A DNA stretch of 64,000 nucleotides. Origin: Gammaproteobacteria bacterium. GTDB taxonomy: Bacteria > Pseudomonadota > Gammaproteobacteria > JBCCGL01. Within the stretch, counting starts at the first letter, position 1. Each line of letters begins with the position of its first letter. The notes under the pieces are model-generated. The model did no database searches, was not told the origin of the DNA, and saw nothing but the letters and a program-made list of their open reading frames with translations. The stretch covers positions 224,001 through 288,000 of the forward strand of contig OZ255836.1 in the NCBI GenBank assembly GCA_965277715.1, in the 5' to 3' direction. Both the position numbers and the translations under genes were made by a program. Positions 42,354 to 52,721 of this stretch are shown here, piece after piece.

Positions 42354-43172
42354 GGGCCTGATCCATATGAATGGGCGGGTATACGATGCAAGCCTGGCGC
42401 GGTTTGTTAGCGCTGATCCGCATATACAGGCGGCGGGCATGAGCCAGAGCTATAACCGTTATAGCTATGTGCTGAATAACCCCATGAAGTATACGGACCC
42501 TAGCGGGTACTTTTTTAAGAAGCTTTTTAAGTCGATTAAAAAAGCGGTTAAAAAAGTGGTAAAAGCTATTAAGCCATTTATAGTGGTGATCATTGCGGCT
42601 GTGGTGACTTTTTATTGCCCACCCTGCTTAGCGTTAGTGGGGGGAAACGCAATTGCACTGGGCGCACTGGCCGGGGCAGCAGCAGGGGCAGCCAGTGCGG
42701 CTATTAATGGTGGTAATATACTTAAAGGCGCCATTACTGGTGGTATATCGGGTGCTATATTTGCGGGGACAGGTGTGTCAGGTTGGGAAGATAAAGCGAA
42801 GGTATTGGCTCATGGTATAGCGGGAGGATTTATGTCTGTGGTGCAAGGAGGGAAATTTGGGCAGGGATTTTTGAGTGCTGGGTTTGCTAAATTTGCAACG
42901 ACCAGCCTGACTAATGGCGGTGTTTTTAATATGGCTGATCGAAGTACTGGGAGTATTGTGGGCAGAACGGCGGTTGCGACAGTGGTTGGAGGTACGGCGT
43001 CTGAGCTTGGTGGGGGTAAGTTTGCAAACGGGGCCAGGACCGCCGCGTTTGCGCATTTGTTTAATGCGGAGTCGGGCCTTCTGAAGAGGAGCCGGACAGA
43101 TATTGGTGCTCCAACTGGGAGACAGAGATGGACAATGCTTGGGTATGTCGTTGATGATAAGTATGTTCCTGT
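42354..43172 (+). pseudogene. Rhs cassette 8: core C-terminus + linker + tip, split by IS3 (resumes at 44857-44961)
   Basis: LIHMNGRVYD..RFVSADP..NRYSYVLNNPMKYTDPSGY; removing the IS and one CTGT restores KYVPVVDAAIKEAK in frame. Confidence 0.9.
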
Positions 43173-44852
43173 CCCCCTGTGTCAGGCTAGTTGTCCCCCT
43201 CCCTAAATTGGGATTCAATAAGTTATTACAGGAGGCAAAGAGAGAGTGATATGGGTTGTCCAATAGAAAGAAAGGCCGCTGTTTTAAAGAAGATGCTGCC
43301 GCCGAACAATCAGACAATTTCCCGGTTAGCCAAAGAAGAAGGCATTGCACAAGGTACGCTTTCATAGTTGGCGAGCCCAAGCAAGAGCGAAAGGCGAACT
43401 CATGCCAGATGGCGATTTGACACCAGCAGGTTGGGGTTCTTCGGATAAGTTTGCAGCGGTTCTGGAAAGTGCGTCATTAAGCGAAACAGACCTTTCAGCT
43501 TATTGCCGTCATCGTGGTTTGTACCCTGATCAGATTAAGGCATGGCGAATGGCTTGTGAACAAGCCAATGACTGGGATCGCGCCCAAACGAAACGTTTAC
43601 AAACCAGTCGTAGAGAAGCGGATAAACGTATTAAACGTCTCGAACAAGACCTGCACCGAAAGGAGAAAGCGTTAGCCGAAACAGCCGCTTTGCTGGTGCT
43701 TAGAAAAAAGGCCCAAGCGATCTGGGGGGAGGGAGAGGACGAATGACCTGCCATTCAGATCGCCAAAATAGTATCCGTTTAATCAAAGAGGCCGTTGTCG
43801 CTGGCGCTACATTAAGCAAAGCGTGCAAAGTGCTTGAGTGACACCCTAAGACGTACCGACGCTGGGCAAACGCGGGTACTGTCCGTGCTGATGGCAGACC
43901 CAGCGCTCATCGACAGGCGCCTGGTAATAAGTTCACAGCAGAAGAGCGGGCATTGATTGTCACCACCTGTAATGAAGCGAACTACCAAGCGCTACCCCCC
44001 TCGCAAATTGTGCCCAAATTGGCGGATGAAGGTGTGTATGTTGGGTCAGAGTCAAGCTTCTATCGGGTGTTAAAGTCGGAAAACCAACTGCAGCGGCAAG
44101 GTAAGGCGGCGGCGCCTAAAAAACGGCACAAACCTAACAGCTACCTGGCATCAAGGCCAAACGAGGTGTGGTCTTGGGATATTACCTTTTTGAAATCGAA
44201 CATAACCGGGTGGTTTTACCGGCTTTACATGATGATGGATATTTACAGTCGTAAAATTGTTGCCTGGGAAGTGCATGACAGTGAATCGGCTGATCTGGCA
44301 GCGGCGCTGATCCAGCGTGCCTGTTTAGCGGAGGGGTGCAGCCAGAGTCAATTGGTATTACACGCGGATAATGGTGGCCCAATGAAAGGTGCTACCATGT
44401 TAGCAAAACTGCAATGGTTGGGTGTGATACCTTCGTTTAGCAGGCCATCGGTAAGCGATGATAATCCTTATTCAGAAAGTCTGTTTAGAACCTTAAAATA
44501 CACGCCTGCCTATCCGTCAAAGCCATTTGATAGTTTAGCCTCTGCCCGAAACTGGGTGCATGGATTTGTGCAATGGTACAACGACTCTCATTGCCATAGC
44601 GGCATTGGGTTTGTGACACCAACCTCACGTCATAAAGGCGAAGATCACGCGATACTGGCAGCCAGAAAAGCAGTTTATGAACAAGCAAAGGCCAAACACC
44701 CTGAACGCTGGAACCAGGATATTAAACACCTCGAACCGGTATCGGGGGTGTGGTTAAACCCGGAAAAGGAAGGCTTGGCCATGAGACAAAAGCATAATGG
44801 AATTGAAAAGCAAGTAGCATAGTAAAACGGACAACTACCTTGACAAACACCG
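43173..44852 (+). mobile_element. IS3-family element, full-length but inactivated copy
   Basis: Ends CCCCCTGTGTCAGGCTAGTTGTCC / GGACAACTACCTTGACAAACACCG, 4-bp duplication CTGT; orfA frameshifted; orfB WSWDIT..ADNG..YSESLF with TGA at 43839. Confidence 0.92.
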
Positions 44853-44961
44853 CTGTGGTAGATGCTGCTATTAAAGAAGCGAAGCTTGCTCTGAGCCCAG
44901 TGCCTCGAAGAATAACGGGGGGAGCTTTTGGTTCTTTACTTGGACCTGAGGCAGGTAATCT

Positions 44962-46526
44962 CATTGGCGATGCACACTACCAGCAACATCAGTGTTTCAA
45001 AATTCCTGGCTGTCGAGGTTTTAAATGCCTCACTAAGCTATGCATAATAGTTCTAAGAGACTTTCTTGTCATTATTGCATTTTGCAGAGAGCGGATGGTG
45101 AATGAGCATATACGGGTAATTCTAGCGTAAAAAAACAATGGGTTAACAAAGCCGCCTTTTTTCTGGGCAATTTGTTGTCTCTTATCAAGCATTTTAGTGT
45201 ATTTTTTATCAGATGGATGAATACATTCCAGGTTCTTTGTTTTTGATATTTCTTCAAAAATACGCATGATATTATAGGCCATGGCAGTAAAACGCATTTG
45301 ACTGTTCAGCGCATTCAGGTTTGAAGACCAGGCTTTTCTTTCGGTGAAATCACTTTTACTATTGTTGAATGATTTTTCTATCGTCCAACGCTTGTAATAG
45401 AGCATAGCAATAGTGCCTTGGTTAATTGACTCTGGTAGCGTTGAAATAAATTGATGTAATTGACCTGTTTCTGGGTCGCGGTATTTAACAATATGAAATT
45501 GGACCTTTTTATTTTTATATACACTATAGCCTTCAACCCCTGTATTAATTTCACTACCCTGGTCATAGGGTATAGAGTTGACAAAAGTTGCAACTGCATT
45601 TTCTTTGAGTACTGAAATCATAAAATTCTGATGCTGTTTTTGTTTTTCCCACCATGCATAATCAGTCACCGCCTTATCGTATATATAGAGATGCTTTTGC
45701 CAAGTCTCTTTTTCGCCACAACGTTGTTCAATATAAGAACGTAACGCGGGTATTTCCTGGTGTCGTTCAGTACCGTTAGTCACGACACAAAGTGGTCTTA
45801 GAAGTCCATTTCTGAGGTTCAAGGCATGAATAAAGCCTGCTGCGAAGACGTTGCCCTGACGATTTTTCTCTGTGTGACAAGCATGCTGTATAAAATGACC
45901 ATCAGCTGCTTCTACTCGATATTCTTCAAGTTCAGGAAATTGTTTTAAATAATCAATGTCCAAAGAAGATAATTTCTCACTTTGCAGTTGATAGCTTTGC
46001 TTTTCCATGGCTTGCATCATCTTCATCCGTCTTGTCGACTTCAATGCGTTAAAATAGCTTGAATGACAAATTGTCTCGTCGTATATTTCATCCGTAACCT
46101 GTAGATAGTGACGACCACTATGTACAAGACTTATACAGTGAAGTAACCCATGTCGAGAAAAAGCTACGTCATCAATGGAATCGCATGATCTTTTCCATAA
46201 AGGGAAGCGTTCAGCAGCAATTGCTTTTTCCATACTTATTTTACAGTGTTCGGTGATATATTCTTCAACGGTCATCATTTCGTTCATATTCAATTTGCCC
46301 ATTTAATCAGATATTAAATGGGTATTTTAAAAAAAATTCTGCTGGTGAATGCAAGTGTTTTTTTGGATAATTTTATTTATTTTATGAATTATAAAGCGTG
46401 TTATCGGTTTATAAAAAAACAGTACAAATATTATAAAAAATACTATTTGTAGCTTATGGCGGCTCTTTTCAGGTGTTATTCATTGCGTTATTAGCTTCCT
46501 GGTAGGATTCTAGTGGTACACCCATG
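44962..46526 (-). mobile_element. IS4-like DDE element (transposase 44989..46302)
   Basis: AADGH, YDKA, YYKRWTIEKSFNNSK (YREK motif); imperfect CAT..CACTA ends. Confidence 0.8.
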
Positions 46527-47590
46527 ATCATTATATAAAGCCGGTAAAACCACCCGGTTATGTCCGATTTCAAAAAGGTAATATCCCAAGACCACACCTC
46601 GTTTGGCCTTGATGCCAGGTAGCTGTTAGGTTTGTGCCGTTTTTTAGGCGCCACCGCCTTACCTCGCCGCTGCAGTTGGTTTTCCGACTTTAACACCCGA
46701 TAGAAGCTTGACTCTGACCCAATATACACACCTTCATCCGCCAATTTGGGCACAATTTGCGAGGGGGGTAGCGCTTGGTATTTCGCTTCATTACAAGTGG
46801 TGACGATCAATGCCCGCTCTTCTGTTGTGAACTTATTACTAGGCGCCTGTCGATGAGCGCTGGGTCTGCCATCAGCACGGACAGTACCCGCGTTTGCCCA
46901 GCGTCGGTACGTCTTAGGGTGTCACTCAAGCACTTTGCACGCTTTGCTTAATGTAGCGCCAGCGACAACGGCCTCTTTGATTAAACGGATACTATTTTGG
47001 CGATCTGAATGGCAGGTCATTCGTCCTCTCCCTCCCCCCAGATCGCTTGGGCCTTTTTTCTAAGCACCAGCAAAGCGGCTGTTTCGGCTAACGCTTTCTC
47101 CTTTCGGTGCAGGTCTTGTTCGAGACGTTTAATACGTTTATCCGCTTCTCTACGACTGGTTTGTAAACGTTTCGTTTGGGCGCGATCCCAGTCATTGGCT
47201 TGTTCACAAGCCATTCGCCATGCCTTAATCTGATCAGGGTACAAACCACGATGACGGCAATAAGCTGAAAGGTCTGTTTCGCTTAATGACGCACTTTCCA
47301 GAACCGCTGCAAACTTATCCGAAGAACCCCAACCTGCTGGTGTCAAATCGCCATCTGGCATGAGTTCGCCTTTCGCTCTTGCTTGGGCTCGCCAACTATA
47401 AAGCGTACCTTGTGCAATGCCTTCTTCTTTGGCTAACCGGGAAATTGTCTGATTGTTCAGCGGCAGCATCTTCTTTAAAACAGCGGCCTTTCTTTCTATT
47501 GGACAACCCATATCACTCTCTCTTTGCCTCCTGTAATAACTTATTGAATCCCAATTTAGGGAGGGGGACAACTAGCCTGACACAGGGGGG
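46527..47590 (-). mobile_element. IS3 element, truncated copy (orfA + 5' orfB)
   Basis: Near-identical to 43173-44235 in reverse. Confidence 0.9.
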
Positions 47591-48477
47591 AAGCTTGACT
47601 CTGACCCAATATACACACCTTCATCCGCCAATTTGGGCACAATTTGCGAGGGGGGCAGCGCTTGGTATTTCGCTTCATTACAGGGGGTGACGATCAATGC
47701 CCGCTCTTCTGCTGTGAACTTATTACCAGGCGCCTGTCGATGAGCGCTGGGTCTGCCATCAGCACGGACAGTACCCGCGTTTGCCCAGCGTCGGTACGTC
47801 TTAGGGTGTCACTCAAGCACTTTGCACGCTTTGCTTAATGTAGCGCCAGCGACAACGGCCTCTTTGATTAAACGGATACTATTTTGGCGATCTGAATGGC
47901 AGGTCATTCGTCCTCTCCCTCCCCCCAGATCGCTTGGGCCTTTTTTCTAAGCACCAGCAAAGCGGCTGTTTCGGCTAACGCTTTCTCCTTTCGGTGCAGG
48001 TCTTGTTCGAGACGTTTAATACGTTTATCCGCTTCTCTACGACTGGTTTGTAAACGTTTCGTTTGGGCGCGATCCCAGTCATTGGCTTGTTCACAAGCCA
48101 TTCGCCATGCCTTAATCTGATCAGGGTACAAACCACGATGACGGCAATAAGCTGAAAGGTCTGTTTCGCTTAATGACGCACTTTCCAGAACCGCTGCAAA
48201 CTTATCCGAAGAACCCCAACCTGCTGGTGTCAAATCGCCATCTGGCATGAGTTCGCCTTTCGCTCTTGCTTGGGCTCGCCAACTATAAAGCGTACCTTGT
48301 GCAATGCCTTCTTCCTTGGCTAACCGGGAAATTGTCTGATTGTTCGGCGGCAGCATCTTCTTTAAAACAGCCGCTTTTCTTTCTATTGGATAACCCATAT
48401 CACTCTCTCTTTGCCTCCTGTAATAACTTATTGAATCCCGATTTAGGGAGGGGGACAACTACCCTGACACAGGGGGG
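47591..48477 (-). mobile_element. IS3 element, second truncated copy in tandem
   Basis: Near-identical left end and orfA; cut in orfB by the neighbouring copy. Confidence 0.9.
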
Positions 48478-48890
48478 TGTTGGAAGACTTCAAACAATGG
48501 CTGGATAAGCATATTACTAAGGTGGCTAAAAAGTCCCTTACTCGTAACGCCATGGACTATGCACTGAATCAATGGCATACCCTCACAGGCTACTGTGATG
48601 ATGGACGGTTACACATCAGCAACGTGCTGGCTGAAAATGCCATTAGGCCTTTTGCCGTGGGTAGAAAAGCCTGGTTGTTTGCCGATTCAACCCGTGGCGC
48701 CCATGCCAGTGCCACATGTTACTCATTGATCGAAACGGCCAAAGCTAATGGGCTTGAACCCTATGCGTACATACTGCACGCCCTTAATCATATCGGCAGT
48801 ACGGATACTCTTGAAAAGATAGAGGTCTTGCTGCCTTGGCATGTCGGTTTGGACATTACCTTGGAATAGAGGCTGATTTAAGGGCGCTTA
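48478..48890 (+). pseudogene. IS66 tnpC 3' fragment with right end
   Basis: Near-identical to the reverse of 52722-53135; SNVLAENAIRP..GRKAWLF. Confidence 0.9.
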
Positions 48891-49945
48891 CAGCACTTCC
48901 CGTTATAGGTTTGAATACCCCAGCCACCCAGTAAAAACGCGGTATCTGAGAAAGTGCTGAAATAAGTTTTCGTAAACATTTAATCTGTTTTTGGTTATCC
49001 TGTGACGCCAAGCCAATCGCTTGGAGTTCTCCCGATGCCCAGAACCGTGTTTCGCCAGGATGTCAGTATTCCAGGGCTATTGTCCCTGGTCCGACGGGCC
49101 TTTGAGGCAATACCCGAACACAAAACGCGCTGCCAGATTCCCCTCGTGGATCATTTGATGAGTGGATTGGCGGTGTTTGGTTTGAAATATCCCTCGCTAA
49201 AGAAAGCGATCATAGGTTTTTGTTCGACTGGGTTGACAAAACCACCGGGGTGGCCGAGCACACGGATACCGATAAGCGCGGGTATACCTCCCGTTATCGT
49301 GCGCTCAATGGTGTGCCGCTCAATGAGACCCATTTTGACCTGGAGGTGAATTTCCTGGAGTACTGGGAAACCTCACCGAAGGGTAAAACACAGCACTTTG
49401 CCTGGGTCACCGACATCGAAATCGATGCCAACAATGCACCGATGCTCATACGAGCAGGGCGGGCGCGGTGGCGCATTGAGAATGAGACGTTTAACACCCT
49501 GAAGAACCAAGGCTATCACTTTGAGCACAACTACGGTCACGGCCATCGCCACCTCACCACGGTGCTCATGCACCTCATGATGTTGGCCTTTTTGATCGAC
49601 CAAATCCAGCAACGCTGTTGTGGTCTATTTCAGCATGCGCTGGACAAGGCGCTGAGCAAAACGCGCTTTTGGCGTCGGCTGCGTAGCTTGTTTGCCAGCT
49701 TCCTGATTCCCGATTGGGTGGTTTTATACCGAGGGGTTGTCGGCCAACTCAAACCCACGATCATCCCCATCGACACCTCTTGAACGATGGCTGTGACTGG
49801 GTGTGCCTAGGTGAGGTTTTTCAGGAAAATCAAGCCATAATCAGAACAGCCGTTCAACCGGTGACGGACACGGCTTCCCTTGATAAACGCGAGCTTTGCA
49901 TTTTCCCTGTACATCAACGGATATCTTTTTCAGCGGGAGCCTCTG
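48891..49945 (+). mobile_element. ISNCY-like element with internally deleted transposase, inserted in the IS66 terminal repeat
   Basis: LMSGLAVFGLKYPSL joined to GRARWRIENETFNTLKNQGY; 9-bp duplication GGGCGCTTA (48882-48890 / 49946-49954). Confidence 0.8.
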
Positions 49946-50043
49946 GGGCGCTTACTTTTCTATTGCTTGTATACAATCTGGATATTAGAATATACCTATT
50001 TTCACTTAGCAAACCCACTAGCACCCATCTGAAAGATTCTTTA

Positions 50044-51810
50044 GTGGCACATAACAACAAAAATAAACGAGAACTGAAAGCAATCCTATTTGCCGATGTA
50101 GTAGGTTACACGCGCCTAATGCAAGACAATGAAGAAGCAACTCATATAGCAACCACCGAACTAGTCGATATTTTCACAAAGGGTTGCGATAAACTGGGTG
50201 GCGAAATGCTTGAAATAAGAGGCGATGGTATCTTTGCATTATTCACTAGTGCTATAAATTCAGTTCGGTTTGCAGATAAAACACAAGACCTTATTGAAAA
50301 ACATAATCAAAAATACGAAGACCATCGAAAAATACGCTTCCGTATAGGTATTCACTTAGGTGATGTGGTAAGAAATAATAAACACTACTATGGGGACAGT
50401 ATCAATATTGCTTCACGCATTGAAGGTTTAGCTGATCCAGGCGGTATTTGTATTTCCAACTCGATATACGAACAAGTCAAAAATAATGGTGATTTTGGTT
50501 ACGAGTACCTCGGACTACAAAGATTAAAAAACATCACTGAACCTATTAATATCTATCGAATTATAAAAGATACAAATACAGCCGTTCTTGTAGCAAGCCC
50601 ACGGAATTCAAGAAAAAGGGGGGATTCCGTGTCAGAAGAAATTCGCCCTTCTATCGCCGTATTACCATTTAAGAACACTAGTGGAGACCCAAATTTTGAA
50701 TATTTTTCCGATGGAATTTCAGAGGATGTAATTATAAATTTATCTAAATTTCACAATCTATTTGTAATTGCCAGAGGATCTTCTTTCGCTTACAAAAACA
50801 AAGATATTTCAGCAAAAAGAATTGGCCATGAACTTGGAGTTCGATATTTAGCTGACGGAACGATTAGAAAAACTGGAAGTCAAGTCAGAATTTCTGTTCA
50901 GCTAGTAGATACAGACACGGGGGGTATTTTATGGACAGAGTTTTATGATAGAAACCTTGAATACATATTTGAGATACAAGATGAAATATCAGCGATTATA
51001 TGTAATTCAACAGCAGTAAAGATAGAAAAAGAAGAACGAGCACGCATCACAAGACTGCTGCCAACTAATTTGCACGCGTATGATTGTGTGCTTAAAGGCC
51101 AACAGGAGATATCCAGTTACACTAGAAATGGCCTTACTCAAGCAAAAAAATATTACGAATCTGCCTTAAATTATGACCCTAAATATGCCCGAGCACTAGC
51201 CTCTATTTCTCACACACTAAATCTGGAATGGTTATTTTCATGGGCAAATGAACATGAAGACCAAACTCTACAACGAGCATTAGAAATAGCTCGTGAAGCA
51301 GTTTCTCTTGATGAAGGTGATGCGAGAGGTCACGCAAGCGTAGGTTTTGTGCAGCTATACCAAAAACAACATGAACTCTCCATGAATGCGTATCAACGAG
51401 CAAGACAGCTTAATCCTAATGATGCTGAAGTTATGGCAGATATGGCTGACGCTCTAATTCACTATGGTGATCCACAGAAAGCTATAGATTTACTCAAAAA
51501 AGCGATGCACATTAACCCTTTATACCCCGATAGATATCTATGGAACATGAGTAGTGCTTACTATAATTTAAAGTTATATAACATGGCAATTGAGTCCATT
51601 CAAAAAATGAATAATCCAGCACAAGGAAGTCGAATACTCGCCGCAAGTTATGCCCAATTAGGCGAAGTTGGTCGAGCCAAACACTATGCCAAAGAGGTAC
51701 TTGCTGCTGAACCTGGTTTTTCGCTAAAAAGGTGGCAACTAGTTATCCCCGATAAATTTAGCCATGACACAGAACATTATATAGAAGGATTAAAAAAATC
51801 AGGGCTCTAG
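50044..51810 (+). CDS. class III adenylate/guanylate cyclase with TolB-like and TPR domains
   Basis: AILFADVVGYTRLM, GDG, FRIGIHLGDV, NIASRIE, PSIAVLPF, TPRs; GTG start inferred downstream of the IS. Confidence 0.88.
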   Translation: MAHNNKNKRELKAILFADVVGYTRLMQDNEEATHIATTELVDIFTKGCDKLGGEMLEIRGDGIFALFTSAINSVRFADKTQDLIEKHNQKYEDHRKIRFRIGIHLGDVVRNNKHYYGDSINIASRIEGLADPGGICISNSIYEQVKNNGDFGYEYLGLQRLKNITEPINIYRIIKDTNTAVLVASPRNSRKRGDSVSEEIRPSIAVLPFKNTSGDPNFEYFSDGISEDVIINLSKFHNLFVIARGSSFAYKNKDISAKRIGHELGVRYLADGTIRKTGSQVRISVQLVDTDTGGILWTEFYDRNLEYIFEIQDEISAIICNSTAVKIEKEERARITRLLPTNLHAYDCVLKGQQEISSYTRNGLTQAKKYYESALNYDPKYARALASISHTLNLEWLFSWANEHEDQTLQRALEIAREAVSLDEGDARGHASVGFVQLYQKQHELSMNAYQRARQLNPNDAEVMADMADALIHYGDPQKAIDLLKKAMHINPLYPDRYLWNMSSAYYNLKLYNMAIESIQKMNNPAQGSRILAASYAQLGEVGRAKHYAKEVLAAEPGFSLKRWQLVIPDKFSHDTEHYIEGLKKSGL

Positions 51811-51857
51811 AATTAGGTAGCCGAGCATATATAAGCTCATGCCTAACCTGATTGTTC

Positions 51858-51929
51858 CTTAGACAAAAGCACAATGGAATTGAAAAGCAAGTAGCATAGT
51901 AAAACAGACAACTACCTTGACAAACACCG
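51858..51929 (+). mobile_element. isolated right end of the IS3 element
   Basis: Matches 44783-44852. Confidence 0.85.
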
Positions 51930-51985
51930 GATGGACACCAACACTTGAGATTGCCTAATCGTTCGCTTAACTGTCCGGTGAGTAT

Positions 51986-52510
51986 ATGTACTCGATAAAA
52001 TATCTGATTGGAGTAACAACTCTGCTTTATTGCTTGAGTTGCGAAGGTGGTGGAAGTGAGACTCATATTGGGGTTCTGCCGTTAGAGCTATCATCGGAAG
52101 CTCAATCTCGTGATTGTCGTTTTATAGATGATTTTTACTCTGATTATGGAGTTGTAGACCCCCCATATGTTTATGGTTTTAGATCTAAAAAAAGGCATAA
52201 AAGTGCTGCATTTTGGTGCAAAGAAATAAGTGGTAACTACAAACTTGTTTTTGTTGAAAAGGGGACATTAACAGCATTTAGAGATTTTAGTGAGTGTAAA
52301 TCTGCTCTTGTAACCCCAATACTATGGGGTGGGCTGTCATTAAAGACCCAACAAATTGTATTATCAGATTTCTACTACTATCCGAAATTTGAAAAGAAAG
52401 GATCAAAGACAGAACGTACTAAATATCCAATATTAGTCGCTGAAACTGAAGGAACAAGAATAGAACTATATTGTCATAATGGAGATTGGCTTTTCAATAC
52501 TTATGACTAA
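51986..52510 (+). CDS. putative lipoprotein immunity protein 9 (orphan)
   Basis: Lipobox-like CLSC, AT-rich, preceded by a short possible toxin tail after the IS3 end. Confidence 0.55.
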   Translation: MYSIKYLIGVTTLLYCLSCEGGGSETHIGVLPLELSSEAQSRDCRFIDDFYSDYGVVDPPYVYGFRSKKRHKSAAFWCKEISGNYKLVFVEKGTLTAFRDFSECKSALVTPILWGGLSLKTQQIVLSDFYYYPKFEKKGSKTERTKYPILVAETEGTRIELYCHNGDWLFNTYD

Positions 52511-52721
52511 AAAAACCTCTGTACACGACACAATCTAAGTAATCTGCGGACAATCATGTAGCGTGTCATTTTCTGATCGTATAAATTCACAAATTATCGA
52601 TCATAATATTGTTCAGTTTTCCGACGTTTTGCCACACTCTGACCATAACAAAAAATATTTTTACCCTATTAAAATATGACATTTTACCCATCTATATCAT
52701 ACCCGTACGATAACGTCGACT

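Noticed and set aside
49714-50043. N-terminal 110 aa of the 698-aa cyclase ORF
   Set aside because: Mostly read-through from IS DNA; the cyclase domain starts near 50044
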